This document shows, piece by piece, positions 9,294 to 18,941 of a stretch of DNA of 64,000 nucleotides. The position numbers and the translations under genes were made by a program. The stretch lies in the UHGV virus genome UHGV-1451962; one strand, 5' to 3'. The notes under the pieces were generated by a model. That model was not told where the DNA came from. It saw only the letters and a program-made list of their open reading frames with translations, and searched no databases. This stretch comes from a virus. Positions within the stretch are counted from its first letter, which is position 1; the number at the start of each line of letters is the position of its first letter.

Positions 9294-9341
9294 TTAAGAA
9301 CTCCTTAATTTATTTCTTTAAATAATTATAACATATATTAT

Positions 9342-9815
9342 TTATTTTTTCAAGTAAATAATATTTTGATTGCGGGAACCTCGCCATTTTAAAGTAATAT
9401 CTCTTTGCGAATTAATGTAAGGCCCATCCACCAATATATCTAAATAAGGAAAAATTTCTTCTTTTATTTCCTTATTTTTAACTAATTCATCATAATAATA
9501 ACCAGACCATAAATAAATTTTAGTTTCTGGATATTTTTCTTTTACTTGTTGAATAATATATTTAGTAATAGGAATATTTTCTGGACAGAGCGGTTCTCCG
9601 CCCAGAATACTTAAATTTCTATTTATTCCATTTGCTTTTAATGCTTTAAAAAGATTATTTAATGTATCTTTTGTAAATTCTTTACCGCCAGTAAATGACC
9701 AAGTTTCAGGATTTTGACAATCTTTACAATGATTTTTACAACCTTGTACCCAAAAAGAAACATTTACTCCTGGGCCATTTGCAATGTCATTTTCTTTTAT
9801 AGCTGCATATCTCAT
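9342..9815 (-). CDS. nrdG: anaerobic ribonucleotide reductase activating protein (radical SAM)
   Basis: DIANGPGVNVSFWVQGCKNHCKDCQNPETW (CX3CX2C); start at ATG after GGGAGA RBS; encoded near nrdD. Confidence 0.8.
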   Translation of the reverse strand: MRYAAIKENDIANGPGVNVSFWVQGCKNHCKDCQNPETWSFTGGKEFTKDTLNNLFKALKANGINRNLSILGGEPLCPENIPITKYIIQQVKEKYPETKIYLWSGYYYDELVKNKEIKEEIFPYLDILVDGPYINSQRDITLKWRGSRNQNIIYLKK

Positions 9816-10159
9816 TTCATTATCTCCCAAGAACAACAATAATTAGCACAGCAAGGAAGTATTATTATTTTTAAAACTTCATAATTGTTATAGTTTTTAG
9901 ATATTTTAACTTTATAAAATCTATAACCTCTAAAACCTTCTGACATTGGATGCCATATCCAATGTTCATTATTTTCTTGCCATTCTATAAAATTTTTTTG
10001 CATTTTAGCAATAGAAAGATTATTTTTATTTAAATAATTAATTACTTCTTGCTTATCTTCTGTAATATATACACATGTAACAATTTGGTTACTAACTGGA
10101 TATCTTCGGCCTTCTTGTTTATTAAAATAACAAGCATATTTTTTTAATAAATTGTTCAT
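9812..10159 (-). CDS. hypothetical protein
   Basis: 115-aa ORF, stop overlaps nrdG start (ATGA). Confidence 0.45.
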   Translation of the reverse strand: MNNLLKKYACYFNKQEGRRYPVSNQIVTCVYITEDKQEVINYLNKNNLSIAKMQKNFIEWQENNEHWIWHPMSEGFRGYRFYKVKISKNYNNYEVLKIIILPCCANYCCSWEIMK

Positions 10160-10172
10160 ACTCTTCTAACCT

Positions 10173-10523
10173 TTATACTGTGATTGTATGCTCATTGAAC
10201 TCAAGTATAATATTTTTAGAAAAATAGTCTTGTAAATGTTCCATCTCATTTTCTTTCACAATGATACAATCAGCATTATCAGATGCATGTCCCCAAATAT
10301 AGTTACAATTTTTTCCATGTATAGTATAGTAAGCAGAACTAATATTATCTAATTTAACTAAGTAATTGAAAGCATCACTACTTTCTTTATTAGAATCACT
10401 GCCTTCTTTAGTAAGAGCGTAGCCACCCCTTGCTCTTACTTTACCAACAACAGTACCGCATGCCCTATCTACAACATATGTATTTGAAATGCGAACTCTG
10501 TCTCCATAATAAAACTTAGACAT
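10173..10523 (-). CDS. hypothetical protein
   Basis: Start moved to ATG (MSKFYYG...) after AAAAGGAGAAAA RBS. Confidence 0.45.
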   Translation of the reverse strand: MSKFYYGDRVRISNTYVVDRACGTVVGKVRARGGYALTKEGSDSNKESSDAFNYLVKLDNISSAYYTIHGKNCNYIWGHASDNADCIIVKENEMEHLQDYFSKNIILEFNEHTITV

Positions 10524-10717
10524 ATATTTTCTCCTTTTGCTACTGATTATCAAATATTTTTGTCTTATTTGCCATTTTAGAAATCTATTCTTCTCCAGTA
10601 CAAACTTTTGCCTCAGCAGTTAAGCGCTTTGTGCTCGCATCAACTAAAATTTGCTTAAATCTTTTAATCAAAAAAACATACCACACATTTTCCACATAAA
10701 TGTTTGCCTTATATAGT

Positions 10718-12973
10718 TTATAAATGTTTTACTCTCATAGAGACTTCTTGCTGTTTACCTAGATTAAATGCAGTTTTATAATCTCCTGTTAAATAACCGG
10801 TTACTCTTCTTAATTGTTGAATATGACTACTGCCACATTCAGGACAATTATCATTAAATTCATCACAATATCCGCACTCTAAACAAGTATCATTAGGTAC
10901 ATTAATTGCAAAATAAGGGATATCTTTATCCATAGCATAATTTACTATAATTTCTAATGCTTCTAAATTATTTTTTACTGTTGAATCTAATTCAATATAT
11001 GTAATACAACCAGCACTTGAATATCCTGTTAATTGAGATTCTATATCAATTTTTTCAAAAGGAGACATTTCCTTCCAAACAGGAACATGTATGCTATTTG
11101 TAAAGAAATCTTTATCTGAAACATTAGGAATAATACCATATTTTTCTTTAAATTTTTCCATTGCTGTATAAGCTAAATTTTCTGCGGGAGTGTAGTAAAC
11201 ACCAAAATTTAACTTATAATATTCTTTAAATTCTGCACAACGCTTTTTAAATAAAGATTCAATTTTTTTTGCTAATTCCATTCCTTCTGGAGTGGTGTGA
11301 TCCTGCCCAATTAGAATTTGAAGAGTTTCAGCAAGACCAATTTGACCCAAAGCTAAAGTCCCATGCTTCAGAGCACTACGGATACCTTCTTCTGGAATAT
11401 ATCCTGCCATAACATTATTTTCATACATGAATTTAGCTGACTCAGGAGATTGAGAACAAATCCATTCAAAGCGTTCAATTAACATATCTTTTGCTTCATT
11501 AATTTTTTGATCTAATTTATAAATAAATCTATCAATTAAAATTTGATTGCTATCGAAAGAATGATGATTTCTTACATCTTCCTCAAAATTAATTTTACAT
11601 TCCATCGCCAAAGTAGGCATAATAATAGTTACAGGACAAATATTTCCACGTCCATCTTTACGTTGTCCTAGGCCATTAATGTCCCATCCATTAGCCGTTC
11701 TACACCCCATCGTCGAGAAATATGTACACGGATCGTCTGGATTATAACCTTCATTTCCACTCCAATCAACATTTGCGTAATTAGGATATAATCTTTGAGC
11801 GGTTGATTTCAATGCTAATTGATATAAATCATAATTTGGATCTCCAGGTTTACGATTTATATTTTTCATCATTTGGAAAATTCCGCAAGGGAAAATACTT
11901 GTTTTATGTAATTTTCCAATTCCTTTTATTGAAACATCAAGAAGAGCTTTAGTTACTAAACGTCCTTCTGGCAGTACACAAGTGCCATAGTTAATTGATG
12001 TAAAAGGTAATTGATTCCCAGAGCGTGATTGTAGTGTATTAAGATTGTGGTACATTCCTTCAACAGCTTGATAGATTTCTTTTATTGTCATATCCATAGC
12101 ATATTTATATGGTCTATTTCCAATTCCTATCTGTGTTAAAAATTCAATATTATTTATAGAACAATTTTCTTTTAAAAGATTTATTTTCATTTCTGCGCAG
12201 CTACTATCAGACCAATCGCAAAAATATTTTAATCCATCACAATAATGTTTATAAAAACTTTTTCTTACATAAGGTACCATTGTCCAATCTAAGTGAGTTG
12301 CGCTCACGCCGCCAAACTGCTGCAAAGATTGTAGCTGAAAAATAACTGCGACAAGTTGAAAGGCGGTATTAACACTTTGAGCTGGTCTTACATCTGTTTG
12401 GCGTGTATTAAAACCATTAGCAAGCAAATCGTCAAAAGGAATAGATAAACAATTATGACTACCTACATAATAACTACCCAAATCATGAATATAAATTTCA
12501 TTATTTAAATGATTTTTTCTTGCCATAGGCGAAACAATATAATCCAAAGCTAATTGTTTTGTAACTATATCACTTGCTTCTCCAGTTCTTCCACCAAAAG
12601 AAGATTCATCAACATTTGCATTTTGATTTTGAATATTGGAAGCATCAAGTTTTTCTCTAATAGCATTAATAAAATCATTTTTCTTTTCTCTTGCTACTTC
12701 TTTTTTATATCTAAAACGAATATAAGCTCTAGCTACATCTCTTCGATAAGATTGCATTAAAAAATCTTCAACCCAATCTTGAATATCTTCAACGCCAATA
12801 CTACCATCAGGATAATGCTGCATTTTTTTTTCAATTTCATTTGCTATATCTTTTGCGGTATCATCCTCATATAATTGTCCATCTACTTCAATGAAAGCTT
12901 TATTAATTGCATTAATAATTTTATTTTTATTAAAAACCGCGATTGAACCATCGCGTTTAATTAAGTCAAACAT
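10718..12973 (-). CDS. nrdD: anaerobic ribonucleoside-triphosphate reductase
   Basis: 751 aa; C-terminal CxxC...CxxC zinc ribbon (CLECGYC...CPECG) and glycyl-radical motif RVTGYL. Confidence 0.85.
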   Translation of the reverse strand: MFDLIKRDGSIAVFNKNKIINAINKAFIEVDGQLYEDDTAKDIANEIEKKMQHYPDGSIGVEDIQDWVEDFLMQSYRRDVARAYIRFRYKKEVAREKKNDFINAIREKLDASNIQNQNANVDESSFGGRTGEASDIVTKQLALDYIVSPMARKNHLNNEIYIHDLGSYYVGSHNCLSIPFDDLLANGFNTRQTDVRPAQSVNTAFQLVAVIFQLQSLQQFGGVSATHLDWTMVPYVRKSFYKHYCDGLKYFCDWSDSSCAEMKINLLKENCSINNIEFLTQIGIGNRPYKYAMDMTIKEIYQAVEGMYHNLNTLQSRSGNQLPFTSINYGTCVLPEGRLVTKALLDVSIKGIGKLHKTSIFPCGIFQMMKNINRKPGDPNYDLYQLALKSTAQRLYPNYANVDWSGNEGYNPDDPCTYFSTMGCRTANGWDINGLGQRKDGRGNICPVTIIMPTLAMECKINFEEDVRNHHSFDSNQILIDRFIYKLDQKINEAKDMLIERFEWICSQSPESAKFMYENNVMAGYIPEEGIRSALKHGTLALGQIGLAETLQILIGQDHTTPEGMELAKKIESLFKKRCAEFKEYYKLNFGVYYTPAENLAYTAMEKFKEKYGIIPNVSDKDFFTNSIHVPVWKEMSPFEKIDIESQLTGYSSAGCITYIELDSTVKNNLEALEIIVNYAMDKDIPYFAINVPNDTCLECGYCDEFNDNCPECGSSHIQQLRRVTGYLTGDYKTAFNLGKQQEVSMRVKHL

Positions 12974-13035
12974 TATTACACCTCTATATATATTTTATTG
13001 ATACATATTATATATACAAATTGTAGTATTTTTAT

Positions 13036-13596
13036 TTAAAAGATTTGTCCAGCAATACGTTGCACGCTAGTTGTAAAATCTTTTCTAGTTAAATTTTTTA
13101 AAACTTCACAATTAAATTCTGAAACAAAACTTCTAAAATCTTTTTCATCTGTCTCATATCTACGGATAATTTCTTCAATATTAGGTTCTTTTTCTCTATT
13201 GAGTTGTCTTATCAATCTCTCCTTATTTGATACATCTATATAAAAAATCTTTAAAATAATATTTGGATTATCTTTCAAAATTTCTAAACCTTCTGGATTA
13301 AAAACCCCAATATTAATTTTATCTGTATCAAGAGTAGAATAAGAAGTTCCATAACACCACCCGTTAAATGAAGTAGCTTCTAGCATGTCTCCATTTAAAA
13401 GTTTAACCGCAAATTCTTCATTGGTAAGATAATGATAATCTTTTCCTTCTGTTTCATTATCTCTTTTAGGTCTAGTAGTACAAGAAATAATTGGATTTAA
13501 TTGCGGATTAAGCTTAATGGCGGAGGAAAGAATAGAATCTTTCCCCGCACCACTTTTTCCTGCAATTGCAATAATTTTAATCTTCTTCATCTTCAA
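13036..13596 (-). CDS. guanylate kinase-like nucleoside monophosphate kinase
   Basis: P-loop GKSGAGKDS and guanylate-kinase motif SCTTRPKR...EGKDYHYL. Confidence 0.65.
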   Translation of the reverse strand: MKMKKIKIIAIAGKSGAGKDSILSSAIKLNPQLNPIISCTTRPKRDNETEGKDYHYLTNEEFAVKLLNGDMLEATSFNGWCYGTSYSTLDTDKINIGVFNPEGLEILKDNPNIILKIFYIDVSNKERLIRQLNREKEPNIEEIIRRYETDEKDFRSFVSEFNCEVLKNLTRKDFTTSVQRIAGQIF

Positions 13597-16500
13597 TATC
13601 TCCCTGAAGTCTTGTATGTCTTAAAATTAAATCTCCATGTTCATCAATATTATCAATATGATATAATCGATGAGAAATACTAGAAGCATATTTTTTACTA
13701 ACAAATTCGTCCCCCCGACGAATACCCTGAATTAAAATCATATTACCTCTATTAAACCAACTCTTTTCAATCACTTTCTTAGTTCCATCTGATTGACGTT
13801 CAGAAATTTGTTTATCAAAAACAGCGAAATGTTCCTTTCTTAACTTTACTGGTACTACTCCAGTAGTAGTTAAAAGATAAACAATTCCTTTTGGTTTATT
13901 TTTTGCAATACAAGTTCCGCAAATTTTATGCAGTTTATAAATAGGAATTTGAATAGCACCTTTTTTGAAAAACTTTTCTACTTCTGGTTCAGCAGGTAAT
14001 TGCTCAAAATCAACAATACCATATTTGTTCTTATTAACATTAATCAATTCATGCGGATGATAATAAAAACATAAAGCTTCCATTTCCCAAGAAGATAAAT
14101 TACCAGAAGCATATTTTTCCCAATCTTTCATAAAAATACTTGTATTTAACTTATTTAAAATATTTTGTTTATCTTGATTAATCCAATTTCTAAAAACATC
14201 CATCCAAGTTTGATAAATGTTTTTATCCCAAATTTTCTTATTTAAGAAATAATTATTTTCAATCCAATGTCCATAATCCATTTCATAAATAAAATTTAAA
14301 GCTCTTTCATCAAGTTTATAATATTCATTGTCATATTTACATTCATTTTTTAAATATCTGTTAAATTCATAAATTTTTCTTGCGGTTATTTGTTCTTCTG
14401 TTTCTTCTGGCAAAATTTTATGTCTAATTAATCCTGGAAGATTCTGTAAAGTTAATCTTGATTTTTTATCACAAGTAAGCCACAAATAAGTAATCATTGT
14501 GTCATATCTAGGAGACAAATTATCAAAAGCACCGCCTTTAATCAAAGTAATCATTGCTTGTTTATTAGGTCTAACTCGATTGTAAAAATCTATCATAGAA
14601 TTATAAGGACGTTTAGCAATAATATCTTTAATTAAATCATCTCCGACATTAAGCAAACTTTTTAAACCCATCCAAATTAAATTCTGTTTTTCATCAGGAA
14701 CAAAATTATATTGTGAATTATTAATATCTACAAGAGAAATTTTAATATTTGCTTTTTGCATTTTTCCTAAAGCAGTAGCAATTTTGTTATAATCAGTGCT
14801 TCCATCTTCTCCACCTGCATCATTAATAAGACAAGCGCAATTCCAATAAACAATAGGAAATTTAAAAGCTAAATTCATTTCTTGAACAGCAATGATAGAA
14901 TAGGCAAGCGTATGAGATAGATTAAATCCATATCCTCGACTAGTTGCAATTAACACATTCCAAACATAATTACAAAGATTTTGACTTAAACTTTTTTCTT
15001 TTACTTCTGTAAAATACTTTTTAGTAAGTTCATCATATGCAGCAGGATTTTTCTTTGCAATAGCTTTTCGCAAACTATCAGCAAAAGTCAAATCAAAACC
15101 ACCGCACTCTGGAATTTGAACTAATTGCATAAATCCTTCCTGACTCTCACATATACCATAACTACCAGAAAGATATGGTTTAAGTAATTCTTGCTCTTGT
15201 TGAGTTAATCCATAGTTTTCCATTTCTTGATACCACAAATTAATATTTGCTTTAAAGCGAGCATATTTATTTAAAGGTTGTTCTCCACCTTTTTCCTGAG
15301 CCATTAATCGAATAATTGAATTTAAGTGGGCTAAATCTTCAACTGATTTAGGGTGAGTTAATGCAATGCCTTGTATTCCACTTTGTTTTTCCATTTGGAA
15401 TAAAGATTGAATTTCATGGTTATTAACCATTTTCCACATTTCAGAATCATTGCGTTCAATATTATATACACCTAAAATTTCTTCATAAGTTTCTCTTAAA
15501 GAACCTTTATCTTGAATTTTATTTGCTGCAAGTAAAAGATCGAGACAATTATGCATTTTATCCATAGCTTCAACGGATAATAGATCATACTTGATAAGAC
15601 TTACATCTTCAGCCCGATGTAGATCATAACCTGTTACTATTGTTCCATCAGGAGCACGCATTAAAGAAGCGGACTCAGTAAAAGGTTCATCCACAAAAAT
15701 AACTCCGCCTGCATGAATACCAGAACGACAAATCAAACCTTCAATTTTATGAGCTACATCCCACAATTCAGGATATTCTTTCATTTTATCAACAAAAGGT
15801 CTAATGATAGGATAACCATTTTCTTTATCACCATAATAACATTGAGATAAAGTGCGAATTAATCCTCTATCTGCGGGAATAAGAGACGCAATATATTGAG
15901 CTTCATCTACATCAATACCTAAACCTCTACAAGCTGTTAAAATAGCACTTTTAGAAGTTTCTTTACCAAAAGTGATAACATTTGCAACTCTATCTTCACC
16001 ATAAACTTCTCTTAGGTGAGAAAGAACTTGCGCTCTTTTAGATCCTTCAATATCTACATCTACATCCAAAACAGAAACTCGACTAGGGTTAAGAAATCTC
16101 CAACTAAAAGTTTGAACAGTTTCTCGCAAAGGATTAATTTGCGTTATATCTAAAAGATATAACAAAATAAAACCAACACCTGAACCACGACCTGGGCCAA
16201 CTAAACTGCCAGCCTCCCAACAGCAATCAATAATTTTTTGAAGATTTAAATAATAAGCACTCCAATGAGTTTTATTTACTATTGATGATTCCCAAGTTTT
16301 ATCCAAACAATCATTAATTGCTTCATAAGTCTTTTGATTTCTTAAAGTTTCATCTTTTTCTAATCGTTCAATAATAGCTTTAGCCAATTCTACATCACCA
16401 ATATAATCAGATTCAATAAATTCCTTCAAAAGAGGAATATCATTTACCCAATCATATAAATTACTTTTTGGATTAAAAATTTTCCAAGGCAATTGTGGAA

Positions 16501-17416
16501 TTTTTAGAGATTTCCGCAAATCATAATCTTCACATTGCGAAGCAATATAATTAATATTTTTATATGCTTCATCAAGAGAAAAATCAAAATGAGATTCAAG
16601 TTCTTCAGTAGTCATCATATAAGTTGTAGCATAAAAAGCATCAACTTCTCTCTCACCATCTTGAGAATTAAGATATGCTTTATGAATTGGTCGATCTTCT
16701 AATCGAGCATAATGTGAATCTGTAGTTACAATCCAAGGAATATTTAATTCTTTTGCAATTTTTAATAGCTGTTGATTAGCTAAGTATTGTTCATTATCTT
16801 TTTTCTCAGGTGGCTGCAATTCAATATAAAAATTACCTTCTCCAAATAATTTTACCATTGATTTACACCATTTAATAAGATGATTTTTTCTTTCTTCATC
16901 TGGATTTTCAACTAACTTTAAACATTCTGAGGACAAAAAACCACCCAAACAAGCGCTTGATGCAATAAGATGACCTTTATTATTATCAATAATATCAATT
17001 AAATCTTGATAATAAGTGGGGACTCTTCGCATTTTACCTGTTTTATAACTTCTTAACCATGCGCGAGTAGAAATTTCTCTAAGTTGTTTATGACCTTCTT
17101 TATCTTTTGCTAATAAGATAAAATGATAATAACTATCTTCTCCTGAAATAAAATTATCTTGATTTAATCCATTTCGACAAAGATAAATCTCATTACCTAA
17201 AATTAGTTTAAAATCAGGATTATCTTTTTTAATCTTTTCATAATAAGATAAGGCAGATAAATGTCCTGATAAACAATCATGGTCAGTAATAGCTAATACT
17301 TTATGCCCCAAAGAAACAGCTGTATCAATTAAATTTTCTACTTTTATGATACAATCGCGTAGACGAATATTACTGAACTCCGAGTGATTATGTACACTAC
17401 CTGGAAATTTCAACAA
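13577..17416 (-). CDS. DNA polymerase III alpha-type replicative polymerase with N-terminal PHP domain
   Basis: 1279 aa; PHP motifs HNHSEFS and ITDHDCLSGH; polymerase-core region GPGRGSGVGFILLYLLDITQINPL. Confidence 0.85.
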   Translation of the reverse strand: MLKFPGSVHNHSEFSNIRLRDCIIKVENLIDTAVSLGHKVLAITDHDCLSGHLSALSYYEKIKKDNPDFKLILGNEIYLCRNGLNQDNFISGEDSYYHFILLAKDKEGHKQLREISTRAWLRSYKTGKMRRVPTYYQDLIDIIDNNKGHLIASSACLGGFLSSECLKLVENPDEERKNHLIKWCKSMVKLFGEGNFYIELQPPEKKDNEQYLANQQLLKIAKELNIPWIVTTDSHYARLEDRPIHKAYLNSQDGEREVDAFYATTYMMTTEELESHFDFSLDEAYKNINYIASQCEDYDLRKSLKIPQLPWKIFNPKSNLYDWVNDIPLLKEFIESDYIGDVELAKAIIERLEKDETLRNQKTYEAINDCLDKTWESSIVNKTHWSAYYLNLQKIIDCCWEAGSLVGPGRGSGVGFILLYLLDITQINPLRETVQTFSWRFLNPSRVSVLDVDVDIEGSKRAQVLSHLREVYGEDRVANVITFGKETSKSAILTACRGLGIDVDEAQYIASLIPADRGLIRTLSQCYYGDKENGYPIIRPFVDKMKEYPELWDVAHKIEGLICRSGIHAGGVIFVDEPFTESASLMRAPDGTIVTGYDLHRAEDVSLIKYDLLSVEAMDKMHNCLDLLLAANKIQDKGSLRETYEEILGVYNIERNDSEMWKMVNNHEIQSLFQMEKQSGIQGIALTHPKSVEDLAHLNSIIRLMAQEKGGEQPLNKYARFKANINLWYQEMENYGLTQQEQELLKPYLSGSYGICESQEGFMQLVQIPECGGFDLTFADSLRKAIAKKNPAAYDELTKKYFTEVKEKSLSQNLCNYVWNVLIATSRGYGFNLSHTLAYSIIAVQEMNLAFKFPIVYWNCACLINDAGGEDGSTDYNKIATALGKMQKANIKISLVDINNSQYNFVPDEKQNLIWMGLKSLLNVGDDLIKDIIAKRPYNSMIDFYNRVRPNKQAMITLIKGGAFDNLSPRYDTMITYLWLTCDKKSRLTLQNLPGLIRHKILPEETEEQITARKIYEFNRYLKNECKYDNEYYKLDERALNFIYEMDYGHWIENNYFLNKKIWDKNIYQTWMDVFRNWINQDKQNILNKLNTSIFMKDWEKYASGNLSSWEMEALCFYYHPHELINVNKNKYGIVDFEQLPAEPEVEKFFKKGAIQIPIYKLHKICGTCIAKNKPKGIVYLLTTTGVVPVKLRKEHFAVFDKQISERQSDGTKKVIEKSWFNRGNMILIQGIRRGDEFVSKKYASSISHRLYHIDNIDEHGDLILRHTRLQGDIEDEED

Positions 17417-17454
17417 ATTATCACACCTTTCTTATTATATTATATCATATTTTT

Positions 17455-18624
17455 TTAATTTTTTAAAACAAGAGTAAGTTTTTCAGATGCACGAGTCACT
17501 AAAGTATATAAATATCTTTTATGTTCTTCTTGTTTAAAAGGAAAGTTTTCTTCAATACCTAATACCTTTTGATATTCGCTGCCTTGTGCTTTCCAACAAG
17601 TAATTGCATAACCATAGTCAAAACTTTGAAGTTTGTAATTTTTAGGTAAAAGATAATAATTATCTTGAGTAACACTTGGCGTATGATTTACTAATTGATT
17701 ATAATCTACATTATTCATAGAAAATAATCCTAAAAGATTTTCATCATCGTATTCTTCTGGCATAAAATCTAATTTAAGAATATTATCTTTTAAATTTTTA
17801 TCATATAAAACCTTATAATTTTTGATAGTTCCAATTGCACCATTAATAAGTGGGTCTTCCAAAGAATTTAATTTTTTCCAATCATTATGCAGACAAATAA
17901 TTTTATCTCCAACAACAGGAAGAGCACCTGAATCAACGCCCCAGAATAATTTGCGGCAAACATCATTTAAGTAATATCTAGTATCATTTTTAGCACAGAT
18001 AATCTGATCTGCCCAAGCTAGCATACCTTGATTTAAATCAGAAGCACAAACTACATTTACCTCTTTTCCTTTAAAAGGTTTAATAAGTTTGCCATTTCTA
18101 ATATCCATGCTTAACCTAATAATTTCACTTTCTTGCGCTTGTCGCATAATTTCATCAAGAAAAACATGTGGATTATTTAGAATATCTGTTCCTTCTGTTA
18201 AAGCAGGTAACTGACCAGGGTCACCAGTTGCTAGAACAGGAATGTGATGGGAGAGAAGAAGTTCCCACATTTTTTTAGGTAACATGGAAATTTCATCTAC
18301 CACAATAAGTTTATAATCATCAATAGTCAATTTAGGATAAAATCTATATGTTCCATTAGGATTTTTTACAGCTTTATAAAGTAACTTATGAGCAGTCATT
18401 GCATTTTTATTACCTTTTGATTTTAAAACTTTAGCGGCTTTACCTGTATAAGCAATAAAAGCTACATCATTTTCTTTATCTAAATTTAAAGCATCAATAA
18501 TAAAACCTACTAATGTGCTTTTGCCAGCTCCAGCGTATCCCGAAATTACAGTATATGGTTCTTTAGATCTATATCTTTGTACTGCAATCTGCAATCCTTG
18601 GTATTGTTTATCAGTTAGAGTCAT
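17455..18624 (-). CDS. RecD/PIF1-like ATP-dependent DNA helicase
   Basis: Walker A GYAGAGKST, Walker B VVDEISML, CWKAQGSEY helicase motif; start at ATG after GGAGGATAAAA. Confidence 0.65.
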   Translation of the reverse strand: MTLTDKQYQGLQIAVQRYRSKEPYTVISGYAGAGKSTLVGFIIDALNLDKENDVAFIAYTGKAAKVLKSKGNKNAMTAHKLLYKAVKNPNGTYRFYPKLTIDDYKLIVVDEISMLPKKMWELLLSHHIPVLATGDPGQLPALTEGTDILNNPHVFLDEIMRQAQESEIIRLSMDIRNGKLIKPFKGKEVNVVCASDLNQGMLAWADQIICAKNDTRYYLNDVCRKLFWGVDSGALPVVGDKIICLHNDWKKLNSLEDPLINGAIGTIKNYKVLYDKNLKDNILKLDFMPEEYDDENLLGLFSMNNVDYNQLVNHTPSVTQDNYYLLPKNYKLQSFDYGYAITCWKAQGSEYQKVLGIEENFPFKQEEHKRYLYTLVTRASEKLTLVLKN

Positions 18625-18847
18625 TTTTATCCTCCAAAAGGTTTTCTCTAAGAATATCAAAGAAACGTAAACAATCTCTTCTCGCTAAATTCATTCGTGT
18701 TTCAAATTCTTGGCCATTTTTAACTTCATAAATAGCTAACATCATTCTTGCGTATTTATATCTTAAACACAAACTGTCAAAAACATATTCTTTAATTTTC
18801 ATATCTTTTTCTTCAAAAACTTCTTGCAACTTATAAATATCATCCAT
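18611..18847 (-). CDS. hypothetical protein
   Basis: 78-aa ORF with AGGAGAAAAATT RBS. Confidence 0.45.
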   Translation of the reverse strand: MDDIYKLQEVFEEKDMKIKEYVFDSLCLRYKYARMMLAIYEVKNGQEFETRMNLARRDCLRFFDILRENLLEDKNDSN

Positions 18848-18941
18848 TTTAATTTTTCTCCTATTTACTTTAAAAATTACTAAACTCCATTTTAATTCAT
18901 CGTCTCCGCGCCGATGAGCTTCCAGCTAAAACTTTCAAAAA

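Noticed and set aside
10554-10717. Possible intron or small gene in the 164-nt spacer downstream of nrdD
   Set aside because: nrdD is a continuous 751-aa frame with intact C-terminal glycyl-radical motif; the spacer shows only weak hairpins and a 9-codon ORF, consistent with an ordinary intergenic region.
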